Shown piece by piece: positions 1-10,794 of a stretch of 64,000 bases of DNA. This stretch comes from an uncultured Bacteroidales bacterium (GTDB lineage: Bacteria > Bacteroidota > Bacteroidia > Bacteroidales > VadinHA17), in the NCBI GenBank assembly GCA_963791065.1, contig CAWBQN010000018.1, forward strand, positions 391,917 through 455,916. Direction: 5' to 3'. The notes under the pieces were generated by a model. The model was not told the DNA's origin. It made no database searches and saw only the letters and a list, made by a program, of their open reading frames with translations. A program made the translations under genes and the position numbers. Each line of letters begins with the position of its first letter. The stretch's first letter is position 1.

Positions 1-292
1 TGCGTTCAGTTACATCAGTAACATAGAGGATCATGTCGGCATCAGACAATGCTGAATTAACAAAGCTCATCATAGTTTCCTGCAGTTTATACTGAGGCCT
101 CAGGATTCCCGGAGTATCGGAGTAAACAATCTGGAAATCTTCACCATTAACAATTCCCATGATCCGGTGACGCGTAGTCTGAGCCTTGGCTGTGATAATA
201 GAAAGCTTCTCGCCAACCAGAGCATTCATTATTGTCGACTTTCCGACATTAGGATTTCCGAGAATATTTACAAAACCTGATCTGTGGCTCAT
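1..292 (-). CDS. era: GTPase Era, N-terminal part (gene runs off the left edge of the window)
   Basis: Reverse-strand translation from ATG at 292-290 gives [63 protein letters not shown]. It has the P-loop GNPNVGKS, the TTR G2 motif and the DTPG G3 motif in Era-like spacing. It is absent from the ORF track only because the window truncates it. Confidence 0.85.
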   Translation of the reverse strand, partial: MSHRSGFVNILGNPNVGKSTIMNALVGEKLSIITAKAQTTRHRIMGIVNGEDFQIVYSDTPGILRPQYKLQETMMSFVNSALSDADMILYVTDVTER

Positions 293-301
293 AATATATT
301 G

Positions 302-1156
302 TTAAAAGATCCCCCGTTTAAGCATATTTATCTCTTTGTCATTAAGGTACCTCCATTTACCCCGCTGAACATTCTTCTTTGTAAGTCCCGCAAAATATAC
401 GCGATCGAGTTTTTTAACTTTGTAGCCAAGTGTTTCAAACATCCGCCGGATGACTCTGTTTTGTCCTGAATGAAGCTCTATACCTATCTGGCTCTTGTCA
501 TCTGCATCAGCGTATGATACTGCATCTGCGACGATAGTCATCCCATCCAGTTCAATTCCTTCAGTCAGTTTAAAAAGGTCATTTTTGGTGACTGGCTTAT
601 CGAGAAAAACATGGTAAATCTTCCTTCTTTTATATTTCGGGTGGGTTAATTTGCCCGCAAGATCTCCATCGTTCGTGAGCAAAAGTACTCCGGTTGTTGC
701 CTTATCAAGTCGTCCAACAGGGTAAACCCTTTCCTTACAATCGTCACCGATCAGCTCGAGCACAGTATGTTCCGCATGCGGATCTTCCACAGTCGTAACA
801 TAATCCTTTGGCTTATTCATTAGAATGTATACCTTCTTTTCAGCTGAAAGCCTTTTATTCTTAAACCTTACATCATCATCATAGGTTACTTTTATCCCCA
901 TATCGGTAACAATCTTGCCATTTACCGATATCAGTCCGTTCTTAATGTGTTCATCCGCATCCCTTCGCGAACAAACACCGCTGTTGGCAATAAACCTGTT
1001 AAGTCTGATATTGGCAATTTCCTTATTTTTTCCGCCGGAGATATTTTTCCCGGACTTCATTTCCCGTCTTAAACCATCTTTCCGGTTGATTGTTTCACCT
1101 GCTTCAGGTTTATTATATTTTCTCAAGGGCTTTCCTGCAGCTTTCCGGTTCTCCAT
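302..1156 (-). CDS. Pseudouridine synthase, RsuA/RluB family, with S4 RNA-binding domain and a basic N-terminal extension
   Basis: 284-aa ORF. It has the S4 motif RLNRFIANSGVCSRRDADEHIKNGLISVNGK and the catalytic motif VGRLDKATTGVLLLTNDG. Confidence 0.85.
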   Translation of the reverse strand: MENRKAAGKPLRKYNKPEAGETINRKDGLRREMKSGKNISGGKNKEIANIRLNRFIANSGVCSRRDADEHIKNGLISVNGKIVTDMGIKVTYDDDVRFKNKRLSAEKKVYILMNKPKDYVTTVEDPHAEHTVLELIGDDCKERVYPVGRLDKATTGVLLLTNDGDLAGKLTHPKYKRRKIYHVFLDKPVTKNDLFKLTEGIELDGMTIVADAVSYADADDKSQIGIELHSGQNRVIRRMFETLGYKVKKLDRVYFAGLTKKNVQRGKWRYLNDKEINMLKRGIF

Positions 1157-1176
1157 ATCAATTAATTATCAGGGCG

Positions 1177-1184
1177 CAAAGGTA
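1177..1184 (-). promoter_or_regulatory. Bacteroidota-type -7 promoter box (TAccTTTG on the minus strand) upstream of the pseudouridine synthase gene
   Basis: Plus strand reads caaaggta. The reverse complement TACCTTTG matches the TAnnTTTG consensus, 21 nt upstream of the ATG at 1156. Confidence 0.4.
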
Positions 1185-1252
1185 CAATTATTTGCGGAGA
1201 TTATGGTTTGATGATTTTTTTGCACCTTTGTTGGCTTGATAACCTTAATAAT

Positions 1253-2635
1253 ATGGCACTAATAAAATCTATCTCCGGGATCAGGGGTACCATCGGTGGA
1301 AAAACGGGAGAATGCCTGTCACCGGTTGACATTGTGAAATTTGCAGCATCCTATGGAACATGGGTTCAGCTTAGACATAAAAGGAGTGATCTGAAGGTAG
1401 TCGTCGGACGTGATGCACGCAAATCGGGAAGCATGGTGAATAACCTGATAATAACCACATTGAGAAACCTTGGAATTAATGTAATTGATCTGGGAATGGC
1501 AACAACTCCTACAGTGGAAGTTGCAGTAACAGGTACAAATGCCGATGGAGGAATAATCATCACTGCCAGTCACAATCCGGCAGAATGGAATGCGCTTAAA
1601 TTGCTGAACGAGAAAGGGGAATTTCTTTCTGCGAGCGATGGGATGGAGGTTCTTGATATAGCTGCAAGCGAAGATTTTACTTTTGTATCAACCGATCTTA
1701 CCGGGTCACTTGTGATTGATGATACCTGGGGACAAAAGCATATTGATTTGATCCTTGCTTTAAATCTTGTTGATATTAAAGCAATTAAGTCTGCAGGATT
1801 TACAGTAGCCATTGATTGTGTCAATTCGGTCGGGGGAATAATTCTTCCGCAACTGTTAAAGTCTTTGGGTGTTCGTAAGGTAATCGGTCTGAATACGGTT
1901 CCGGACGGAAATTTTGCCCATAATCCCGAGCCACTGCCTGAAAATCTAAAGGATATTTCAGCGTTCGTGGTAAAAGAGAAAGCTGATATAGGTTTTGTTG
2001 TCGATCCCGATGTTGACAGGCTTGCCATTGTTTGTGAAGACGGGAAAATGTTTGGCGAAGAATACACCCTGGTTTCAGTCTCAGATTATGTCCTCAAAAA
2101 CACTCCGGGGAATACTGTATCTAATTTGTCTTCAACAAAAGCTTTGCGCGATATAACCGCAGGTTATGGATGTATTCACTACTCTGCTTCCGTTGGTGAA
2201 GTGAATGTTGTTGAAGAGATGAAAAAAAGAGAGGCTGTCATTGGAGGGGAAGGCAACGGCGGTGTGATATATCCTGAAATTCATTACGGTCGTGATGCTT
2301 TGGTAGGGATAGCTCTGTTTCTCTCACATCTGGCAAAAAGCAGACTTAGATGTTCTGCTTTACGAAAGCTGTATCCCGAATATGTCATCTCAAAGAAAAA
2401 ACTTAACCTCGATCCCGCAAGCGAATTCAGTCGTATTATTGAAGCTGTAAAAAACCATTTTGCAGGTCATCTGACGGATGAACGTGATGGTTTATGGATT
2501 GAAGACAAAAATGGCTGGGTTCAGATAAGGAAATCGAATACCGAACCTGTTATGCGTATTTATGCCGAAGGAAGAAACAGCCGGGAGGCAGATGAGCTGG
2601 CTGACACTGTTATCGGAATTGTTAAGAAAGTGTAA
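1253..2635 (+). CDS. glmM: Phosphoglucosamine mutase / phosphohexomutase family
   Basis: The ORF is open from TTG at 1208, but the conserved N-terminus MALIKSISGIRG starts at ATG 1253. It has the active-site serine loop TASHNPAEWNALKL and the GEGNGG sugar-binding loop. Confidence 0.85.
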   Translation: MALIKSISGIRGTIGGKTGECLSPVDIVKFAASYGTWVQLRHKRSDLKVVVGRDARKSGSMVNNLIITTLRNLGINVIDLGMATTPTVEVAVTGTNADGGIIITASHNPAEWNALKLLNEKGEFLSASDGMEVLDIAASEDFTFVSTDLTGSLVIDDTWGQKHIDLILALNLVDIKAIKSAGFTVAIDCVNSVGGIILPQLLKSLGVRKVIGLNTVPDGNFAHNPEPLPENLKDISAFVVKEKADIGFVVDPDVDRLAIVCEDGKMFGEEYTLVSVSDYVLKNTPGNTVSNLSSTKALRDITAGYGCIHYSASVGEVNVVEEMKKREAVIGGEGNGGVIYPEIHYGRDALVGIALFLSHLAKSRLRCSALRKLYPEYVISKKKLNLDPASEFSRIIEAVKNHFAGHLTDERDGLWIEDKNGWVQIRKSNTEPVMRIYAEGRNSREADELADTVIGIVKKV

Positions 2636-2762
2636 TTTATTCCTGATTTTTTTTTAGCTTATCCGGAATAAATCAACAGGTTAGAATGTCTTAAGATCAT
2701 AAGATTCACCTGCATCGCATGTTAAAAATTGTTAATGACTGAAAAAGGAGAACCCTTTTTAA

Positions 2763-2770
2763 TACTTTTG
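2763..2770 (+). promoter_or_regulatory. Candidate -7 promoter box TActTTTG for the efflux operon
   Basis: Exact TAnnTTTG match, 91 nt upstream of the ATG at 2861. Confidence 0.35.
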
Positions 2771-2860
2771 CCCTGACTTGTTGAGTTTACTAAATAATAA
2801 ATTTCTGATGAATCCCGGCTTATGGGACTTACATACCATACCGTTAAAATCGCATAAATT

Positions 2861-4345
2861 ATGATAAAAAAGACCTCTATAATTACAGGTATAATTATTA
2901 TTGCTGCTATCCTGGTTCTGATTGTATTCAACAAGCTGACTTCAAAGAAAGATATAGCAAATCTTTATGCTGAATCGGAAAAGGGACAATTTGATATCGT
3001 TGTAACAACTACCGGGGAATTACAGGCAAAAAAATCAACTGACATTATTGGACCGGAGTTTACCCAGAGCCGGGGCATCAGGGCAATGGACATTAAGATA
3101 ACTGATATGGTCACCGAAGGAACTGAGGTAAAGGCCGGTGATTATGTGGCAACTCTTGACCGGACAGCATTTGATAATAGTCTGAAGGACGAACTTGAAA
3201 GACTTACTACTTATGAAACCAACCTCGAGATGAAGATACTTGATACTGCAGTTACCCTGAGTAATTTAAGGGATAATATCAAGAATCTGAGGTTTTCAGT
3301 TGAGGAAGCCGCTATAACTCTTCAGCAATCAAAATATGAACCGCCGACAACTATCCGGCAGGCAGAAATTTCACTTGACAAAGCTAACCGGACACTTGAT
3401 CAGTCAATAAGGGGATACACCCTCAGGGTCGAACAGGCTAAATCGGATATGCGTACCGCCAAAACAAATCTTTCTGAAGAGCGTGTGAGAGTGGGTGACC
3501 TTCAGACAGTATTATCAAAGTTTATAATTGCGGCTCCATCATCTGGGATGATCATATATAAGCGCGACAGAATGGGAGCCAAAAGAAAAGTAGGATCATC
3601 TATCAGTCCGTGGGACAACGTGGTTGCTACTCTTCCCGATATGTCATCAATGTTGTCCAAGACGTATGTCAATGAAATTGATGTCAGTAAAGTTAAAACA
3701 GGGCAGCATGTTGAGATAATGGTGGATGCATTTCCTGAAAGGTCTTACACAGGTACCGTAACGAGTGTTGCCAATATAGGAGAACAGCTTCCAAATGCCG
3801 ATGCCAAGGTATTCGAAGTTCAAATTGAAGTTGACGGATCAGATCCGATCCTGAGACCTTCCATGACAACAGGTAATAAGATAATTACAAAAACAATAAA
3901 CGATGTTACATTTATTCCTCTTGAAAGTGTTCAATCGGGACCTGACAGTATTCCTTTTGTTTATCTGAAAAACGGAACAAGGCAGGTAGTTGTGCTCGGG
4001 GAATCAAATGAGAATAATGTAGTAGTAGATCAGGGATTACTGCCAGGTATTCAGGTTTATCTCAGTACACCTGCAAATCCTGAAGATTTCAAGCTGGTTG
4101 GCGAGGAGTTGATGTCTGTCATAAGGGAACGTGAAAAAGTAAAGAAAGCAGAAGAATTACGTCTCAGGGAGGAAGCCGAAAAAGCCAAGCAGGAAGCAGG
4201 CACCATGCAGGGGAGAGGCGGAATGATGGGCAAGCCTGGAATGAATATTACTCCCGAGATGAGGCAGCGATTTCAGAACATGAGAGGCAATCAGCCGGGC
4301 GGATCGAATGGCGGTCAAGGACACTGCATCAACGCAAAGGTGTGA
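2861..4345 (+). CDS. HlyD/MacA-family efflux periplasmic adaptor subunit with a low-complexity G/Q/M-rich C-terminal tail
   Basis: 494-aa ORF with an N-terminal TM helix, a long coiled-coil segment and a beta-barrel region (VATLPDMSSMLSKTYVNEIDVSKVKTGQHVEIMVDAF). It is the first gene of an adaptor-permease-TolC operon. Confidence 0.8.
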   Translation: MIKKTSIITGIIIIAAILVLIVFNKLTSKKDIANLYAESEKGQFDIVVTTTGELQAKKSTDIIGPEFTQSRGIRAMDIKITDMVTEGTEVKAGDYVATLDRTAFDNSLKDELERLTTYETNLEMKILDTAVTLSNLRDNIKNLRFSVEEAAITLQQSKYEPPTTIRQAEISLDKANRTLDQSIRGYTLRVEQAKSDMRTAKTNLSEERVRVGDLQTVLSKFIIAAPSSGMIIYKRDRMGAKRKVGSSISPWDNVVATLPDMSSMLSKTYVNEIDVSKVKTGQHVEIMVDAFPERSYTGTVTSVANIGEQLPNADAKVFEVQIEVDGSDPILRPSMTTGNKIITKTINDVTFIPLESVQSGPDSIPFVYLKNGTRQVVVLGESNENNVVVDQGLLPGIQVYLSTPANPEDFKLVGEELMSVIREREKVKKAEELRLREEAEKAKQEAGTMQGRGGMMGKPGMNITPEMRQRFQNMRGNQPGGSNGGQGHCINAKV

Positions 4346-4484
4346 AAACCCGCAGTAACCAGCAGCAGGGAGTCAGGGATACCTCAGAAGAAGAACCTTC
4401 TCATCAGCAGCAGGGTACAGGTCAAAACAGCAAAGTTTCATCAGAGCCTTCAGAAAGAAATAATTTAATATAAAAGTAAACAAG

Positions 4485-5865
4485 ATGTTCAGATTTATTT
4501 TACGTTATTTCCACGATATTGAAATTGCTGTCGAATCTATAGTCTCGAATAAGCTGAAATCGATGCTTACAGCTCTTGGAATAATCTTTGGTGTGGCAGC
4601 TGTAATTGCTATGCTGGCTATTGGAAAAGGAGCGAAGCAGGAAATAATGGAACAGATGAAAATGGTAGGGGTAAACAATATCCTTATCAATCCGGTAATT
4701 CCTGATAAAGACATCTTCAACCAGTGAAGGTGAGAAGCAGCAAAAGAAGTTTTCACGAGGCTTAAATCTTCTCGATGTTGATGCTATCAAGGAGACGCTA
4801 CCCTCGGTAAAAAGGATCAGTCCTGAAATTTCATTTAACTCCACAGCAATGCTTAATGGTGCAAAGTATACTGCCAAACTTGTCGGGGTGTCAAATGATT
4901 ATTTCTACCTCTATAACCTTCCGCTCGTAGGTGGTGCTTTCTTTAATTCGTTTCAGGAAAAGAATGGCATCCAGGTTTGCATCATCGGGGCGAACATAAG
5001 AGCAAAGTTCTTCAGTAAGATAGACCCGCTTGGCCAGTATATAAAATTTAACGGGATATGGCTTAAGGTTATAGGTGTTCTTCAGAAAACGAATGTCAGC
5101 CTCACTGGATTTGAAGAAAAAGGTGTCAATGTTTATAACGATAACATATATATTCCGATCCAGACAATGTTGTTAAGATATCAGAACAGAGCTCTTCTTA
5201 ATACAAAACTAGCTTCTGAAGCCACCTCATTACAGTTTTTCAGTGGGGGAGGCGGGGGAATGGCAAGAGTAGTTGTCAGTAGTGCCGATGCATCAAGCGA
5301 TGCGGAAACAAATTATAACCAGCTCGATCGGATAGTAGTCCAGGTAACTGAAACAGAACAGCTTCAGCCAACAACTGAAATACTTAGCCGGATGCTCACC
5401 AGAAGACACACCGGTGTAAAGGATTTCGAGATTACAGTTCCTGAGCTGCTATTGAAGCAGCAACAGAGAACAAAAGATATTTTTAATATTGTTCTTGGAG
5501 CAATTGCAAGTATATCCCTTATTGTTGGCGGAATTGGGATTATGAATATTATGTTCGCTTCAGTAATGGAAAGGATAAAAGAGATAGGAACTAGAATGGC
5601 TATTGGTGCAAAGAAAATGGATATCGTGGTCCAGTTTCTGTCAGAAGCAGTTCTCATAAGCGTATCGGGAGGATTTATTGGCGTTTTCTTTGGAGTCATT
5701 ATGGCTAAGTTGATTGAGCAGATAGCCGGAATCATGACAATTGTCTCCTTCTTTTCTGTATTTATTGCCTTTGGAGTTTCAGCAGCTGTTGGTGTGATAT
5801 TCGGTTACTCACCAGCAAAGAGGGCATCGGAAAAGGACCCCATTGAATCATTAAGGTATGAATAA
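4485..5865 (+). pseudogene. MacB/FtsX-type ABC transporter permease, reading frame broken once (+1) near 4725
   Basis: The N-terminal fragment 4485..4727 (TM1: LKSMLTALGIIFGVAAVIAMLAIG) stops at TGA 4725-4727. The rest continues in the +1 frame, open from 4699 (track ORF 4849..5865), through SRGLNLLDVDAIKETLP to the FtsX C-terminal TM bundle. Confidence 0.8.
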
Positions 5866-7362
5866 GATATTAAAAATGAAGAAGTTACTCTTATTTTCAA
5901 TTATAGCTGTTCTGTTTTTTTCATCAAAGGAACTAATCGCACAGGAAGTTAAAAAGCTGACATTTTCAGAAGTCATTAAGCTGGCAGAGGAACAATCGCC
6001 AAATGCCCTTATAGCAAAACACCGGTTCCGCTCAAGTTACTGGGAGTACAGATCATTCCAGGCGCAATACCTGCCTTCGCTTACACTAACAGGCAATGTA
6101 CCGAACTGGAGCAACGGACTCACAAAGGTTTATGATTCAGGAAACGATCAGTATATCTATACTCCGTAAAAACACAATCAGCACTCTCGGGACTCTCTCT
6201 CTTTCACAAAACATTGGTCCGACGGGAACTGTAATCGCATTGAGTTCGGACCTGACCCTTTATAAAGATACTGCCCTGAAGAATCCGATAAATTATATTT
6301 CCGATCCGGCCTACATTCGTATCACGCAGCCTATCAGGCAATATAATACGCTAAAATGGCAGAAGAAGATCGAACCTGTAAAATATAATGCCGCAAAGAA
6401 AGCTTATCTTTCAAATATTGAAGGAGTTCATGTCAGCGCCGTGATGAATTTCTTTTCACTCGCCCTGGCACAAATTAATAAACAGATCTCGGAAATGAAC
6501 TATTCCAATGCAGATACTCTGTTCAGGATCGCCAAGGGAAGATACCAGCTTGGAACAATTGCAGAGGATGAGCTTTTGCAGATGGAACTGTCATGGTTAA
6601 ATGCAGAAACGGCACGGAAACAGGCAGATATGAATCTGCGCGACAGGGAGATCAGGCTGAGATCATTTCTCGGGTATAACGAAAATGTGAGGCTGGAATT
6701 AATACTTCCTACTGAGATACCGGATTTACAGGTAGATATGAAGGAAGTTCTTGACCTGGCTCTTCAAAATAATCCTGATATTCTTAACCAGCAGATAAAT
6801 GTACTTAATGCCCAAAGCAATGCTGCCCAGGCAAAGGCTTCAAAAGGATTGAATGCCAGCATCTCGGCATCCCTGGGCTACTCGCAGCAGTCAGAAAATC
6901 TTGATAAAGCCTATAACAATCTTAAGCAATTCACAACTGGTAAGCATGCAGTTTACTTTACCAATTCTTGACTGGGGGCTTGGCAAAGGCAGATACCAGA
7001 TGGCAAAATCAAGCCTTGAGCTGGCTCAGGTTCAGGCTAATCAGGCATTAGTGGATTTTCAGCAGAATCTTTTTCTTGATGTTGAACAATTCAATCTTCA
7101 GAGTAATCAGGTTGCGATTGCGGCTAAATCGGATACCGTTGCCATGAAAAGATATGAAGTTACAAAACAGCGGTTCCTCATCGGCAAGATTGCAGTGCTT
7201 GATCTCAACGATGCCGACACCAGAAAGGACCAGAACAAGCGTGCATATGTTCAGTCCTTGCAGGATTACTGGAGTTTTTTCTATAATATCCGAGCTCTTA
7301 CCCTGTTCGACTTCATAAACAGGAAACCTCTGGAGACAGATTATGAGAAGTTGCTTCAATAG
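5858..7362 (+). pseudogene. TolC-family outer-membrane efflux protein, reading frame broken twice (+1 at about 6167 and +1 at about 6940)
   Basis: Three consecutive ORFs (5858..6169, 6096..6971, 6853..7362) lie in frames 2, 0 and 1. Together they give a signal peptide, two TolC repeats and the typical SMQFTLPILDWGLGKGRY motif. The start overlaps the permease stop by 8 nt. Confidence 0.8.
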
Positions 7363-7560
7363 AGGGGTTCTCACGCCGCGAGTAGTAGCCCCTCGGCCTT
7401 CGGCCACTCCCCCTGAAAGGGGAGAAATTCCAGCACAAAAGTGCAAATTGACTTAACGTACGAGAATTTTCGCCCCTTTAGGGGAGATGTCGCGAAGCGA
7501 CAGAGGGGTATAACTCTGTGAGTGGGAACCCCTTTTTAATTCCCCTCCAAAGGGCGAAAA
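7362..7560 (+). repeat. GC-rich multi-hairpin intergenic element, copy A (same family as 62690..62826 in inverted orientation)
   Basis: Hairpins: ggcc-ttc-ggcc (7395-7405), ctcccc-ctgaaa-ggggag (7407-7424), cccc-ttta-gggg (7473-7484), gtcgc-gaa-gcgac (7489-7501) and cagag-gggtataa-ctctg (7501-7518). The core ggggagaaattccagcacaaaa...aattgacttaac...gagaattttcgcccctttaggggagat recurs on the opposite strand at 62.7 kb. Confidence 0.75.
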
Positions 7561-7608
7561 AATACTATCATTATAATTATAATTTTCACTGTTTCTGCAA
7601 AAAATTAA

Positions 7609-7616
7609 TATCTTTG
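7609..7616 (+). promoter_or_regulatory. -7 promoter box TAtcTTTG upstream of secDF
   Basis: Exact TAnnTTTG match, 60 nt upstream of ATG 7676. Confidence 0.45.
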
Positions 7617-7675
7617 CGCCTCAATCAGAGAAGAATAAAACTTTAACAGATATATAATCCCAAAAGACAAAACAA

Positions 7676-10600
7676 ATGCAGAATAAAGCAGCTATCATCG
7701 TTCTGGCAATTGCATTAGGGCTGGTGTCAATTTATCAACTTTCATTTACCGGGGCAACCTATAAGGTAAAGAAAGATGCCAAATTATATGCAAAAGGAAG
7801 CCTGGTAAAAGAAACCAGCTATCTCGATTCAATTTCCACCTTACCTAAAGAAAAATGGAGTTTCCTGGGTTACACATTCAAAGAGTGTCAGAAAAAAGAG
7901 TTGAACCTCGGTCTCGACCTAAAAGGAGGCATGAACGTTATCCTGGAAGTATCTGTTCAGGATATCTTAAAAGCACTTTCGAACTATAATCCTGATAAAA
8001 ACTTCAATGCTGCCCTTGCCCGTGCCAAAGAGCTCCAGAAATCAAGCCAGTCAGATTACCTGACATTATTCGGCAGGGCATTCCAGGAGATCGATCCTAA
8101 CGCTAAGCTGGCTTCTATATTTGGAACAGTCGAACTGAAAGATAAAATCAATTTTAATTCGACTAACGATCAGGTACTCAAAGTTCTTGAGCAGTGAAGT
8201 TGATGGTGCAATTAACAAATGCATTTAATATTCTTCGTACAAGGATCGACCGTTTTGGAGTTGTTCAGCCGGAAATCACACAACTGGCAACAAAAGGCCG
8301 GATCTTAATCAATCTGCCTGGTCAGAACAATCCGAAGCGTGTTCGTGAACTGCTGCAGGGAACTGCCAACCTTGAATTCTGGGAGACATATGAAAACAGT
8401 GAGATAATAGGTTATTTAACACAGGCCAATAATCTTCTGAGAGAAATACAGGCTAATACCGGGAAAGTCGAAACCAAAACTCCGGCTGCAGCTTCAGCTC
8501 AAAAAAGCGAAGTTACCGATACAACTAAAAAAGATCAGTCACTTCTTGAGCTGATAAATAAAGACACCACCAAAGCTGCCGAAGCAACTACACGCGAAGG
8601 TTTTACGCTTCAGAATCCGCTTTTCGGCATCCTTCTTCCAAGGGTAACTGCTCAGGGACAGCCACTGCCTTCATGTATGATCGGTCTTGCAAGCTCCAAG
8701 GATACTGCGAAGGTCGATTCATATCTGAAGATGCCAAGGATAAAGGCATTGTTCCCCCGCGACCTTAAATTGATGTGGAGCCAGAACCCATATAAAGAAG
8801 ACCCTACAAAATCGATGTATGAGCTTCATGCAATAAAAATAACCACCCGCGATGGCAGGCCACCTCTTAGTGGCGATGTTATCACTTCAGCCAGAACTTC
8901 AACAGACGTGAGTGGCGCTGTGAAGGTTGATATGTCGATGAATTCGGATGGTTCAAAAACCTGGGCAAGGATGACGCGCGAAAACATTGGCCGTTGTCTG
9001 GTGGTAGTACTTGATGGTTATGTACGTTCTTATCCGAGAGTTCAGAATGAGATCACCGGAGGTAATACGGAAATTACCGGGGATTTCACAATTGAAGAGG
9101 CTGATGACCTTGCCAACATTTTAAAATCAGGTAAAATGCCGGCTCCATCACATATTATATCGGATACAATTGTCGGACCATCTCTTGGCAAGGAATCAAT
9201 AAATGCAGGTTTCGTATCCTTTGTAATTGCATTTGTCTTTGTACTGGCATTTATGATATTCTATTACAGCAAGAGTGCCGGTGTAATTGCTAACATTGCA
9301 CTGGTTACAAACGTATTTTTGCTATTTGGCGTGCTTGCCTCATTGAATGCTGTACTCACTTTGCCCGGAATCGCGGGTATAGTTCTCACGATGGGTATGG
9401 CTGTCGATGCAAACGTTCTTATATATGAGCGTATCAGGGAGGAATTGAGAGCAGGCAAGGGAATGAAGCTTGCAATTGCTGATGGTTATCGCCATGCCTA
9501 CTCAGCTATCATTGACTCTAACGTAACAACCATCCTTACGGGTATAGTTCTATATCTTTTTGGAACGGGTCCGATAAAAGGCTTTGCTACAACACTGGTA
9601 ATCGGTATTCTGACATCAATGTTCACAGCAATATTTGTTACAAGAATAATTTATGAGAGACTCTTAGCAAAAAACAGACAACTTACCTTCTCAATTAAAA
9701 TAACTGCCAATCTGTTCAAAAACACAAAGATAGACTTCATAGGCCTGAGGAAGTATTTTTATGTTGTTTCAGGAGTTATCCTTCTCGCAGGTGTTGTTTC
9801 GTTATTTGTCAGAGGATTGAATCCGGGTATTGATTTTACCGGAGGACGGACTTATGTTATCAAATTTGATAAACCCGTTATTACTGAGGATATTGCTGCT
9901 AAACTGAATACAGAATTCGGAGAGCTGCCACAGGTAGTAACTTTTGGCAGCAACAATACTGTTAAAATAACTACAAAGTATAAGATAAATGAATCCGGGG
10001 TAGATGAAGACGTAAATAACAAATTGTATGACGGGCTTAAGGGATTTTTAGGTGCAAATGTCTCAAAGGATGATTTTCTAAGCAATAAATATCAGGTGAG
10101 TTCAGAAACTGTTGGCCCTGTTGTGGCTGCAGATATCACGATCAACGCTTTCTATGCAGTCGGCATTGCACTCGTACTCATCTTCTTCTATATATTCCTG
10201 AGATTCCGATACTGGCAATATGGTTTCGGAGCAGTTATGTCCCTTGCTCACGATACTCTGCTTGTTATAGGTGTTTATTCGATCTTCTGGGGGCTTATGC
10301 CTTTCTCTATGGAAATTGACCAGGCGTTTATAGCGGCTATCCTTACAGTTATCGGATTCTCCGTGAACGATACGGTGATAGTGTTCGACAGGCTGAGGGA
10401 ATATATTCCGTTGTACAGGAAAAGACCGCTGAGAGAGGTTCTTAATATGGCCATAAATTCAACTCTCAGCAGAACGATAAACACAACCTTAACTGTGATC
10501 CTCACTATAGTGGCCATGTTCATCTTCGGGGGTGCTGTGATTCGCGGATTTATGTTTGCACTTCTTGTTGGCATCGGTACGGGTGTTTATTCCTCAGTAT

Positions 10601-10689
10601 TCGTTGCCACTGCATTAATGTACGACACTACACCAAAAATAAATGAACCCGCAGAAGAGGCTAAAATAAAAGTCAAGGCCCATGTTTAG
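7676..10689 (+). pseudogene. secDF: Fused protein-export membrane protein SecDF, frame broken twice within about 20 nt (8195 and about 8212)
   Basis: Fragment 7676..8197 has the SecD N-terminus (LNLGLDLKGGMNVILEVS). Fragment 8194..10689 has NAFNILRTRIDRFGVVQPEI, the 12-TM SecD/SecF core and a second periplasmic domain. The peptide EVDGAI that joins them is encoded only in the third frame, at 8196-8213. Confidence 0.85.
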
Positions 10690-10720
10690 TGGTACTTTGT
10701 AAATCTGGCAAAAATGAATT

Positions 10721-10756
10721 ATAGGGACATGTGAGAGCAGGTCCCTATTTTATTTT
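10721..10756 (+). terminator. Intrinsic terminator after secDF
   Basis: Stem atagggac (10721-10728) pairs with gtccctat (10741-10748) around a 12-nt loop, followed by tttatttt. Confidence 0.6.
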
Positions 10757-10794
10757 AAAGAATTTCAGTCAATGGGAATATCATTAAACTTTTC

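Noticed and set aside
1319-2067. Antisense ORFs inside glmM. Similar shadow ORFs include 4500..4877, 5364..5735, 11451..11753, 16737..17204, 18995..19477, 38629..39054, 53631..54101 and 57017..57451.
   Set aside because: Each lies fully inside and opposite to a well-supported conserved gene, has low-complexity or biased composition, and has no motifs. These are typical shadow ORFs.
7048-7446. 132-aa minus-strand ORF (MHFCAGISPLSGGVAEGRGATTRG...)
   Set aside because: Its N-terminal part is only a translation of the GC-rich hairpin element, and the rest is antisense to tolC. The same applies to the plus-strand ORF 36713..37024, which ends in the copy B hairpins.
7676-10689. Interpreting the broken secDF, gnd, fba and rpiB as genuine decayed pseudogenes
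   Set aside because: Each needs only one or two single-base corrections and is otherwise full-length, with conserved motifs intact and no accumulated stops in the correct frame. Decay of essential secDF is implausible. Error or recoding is more likely, although the features are typed as pseudogene because the frame is disrupted as given.
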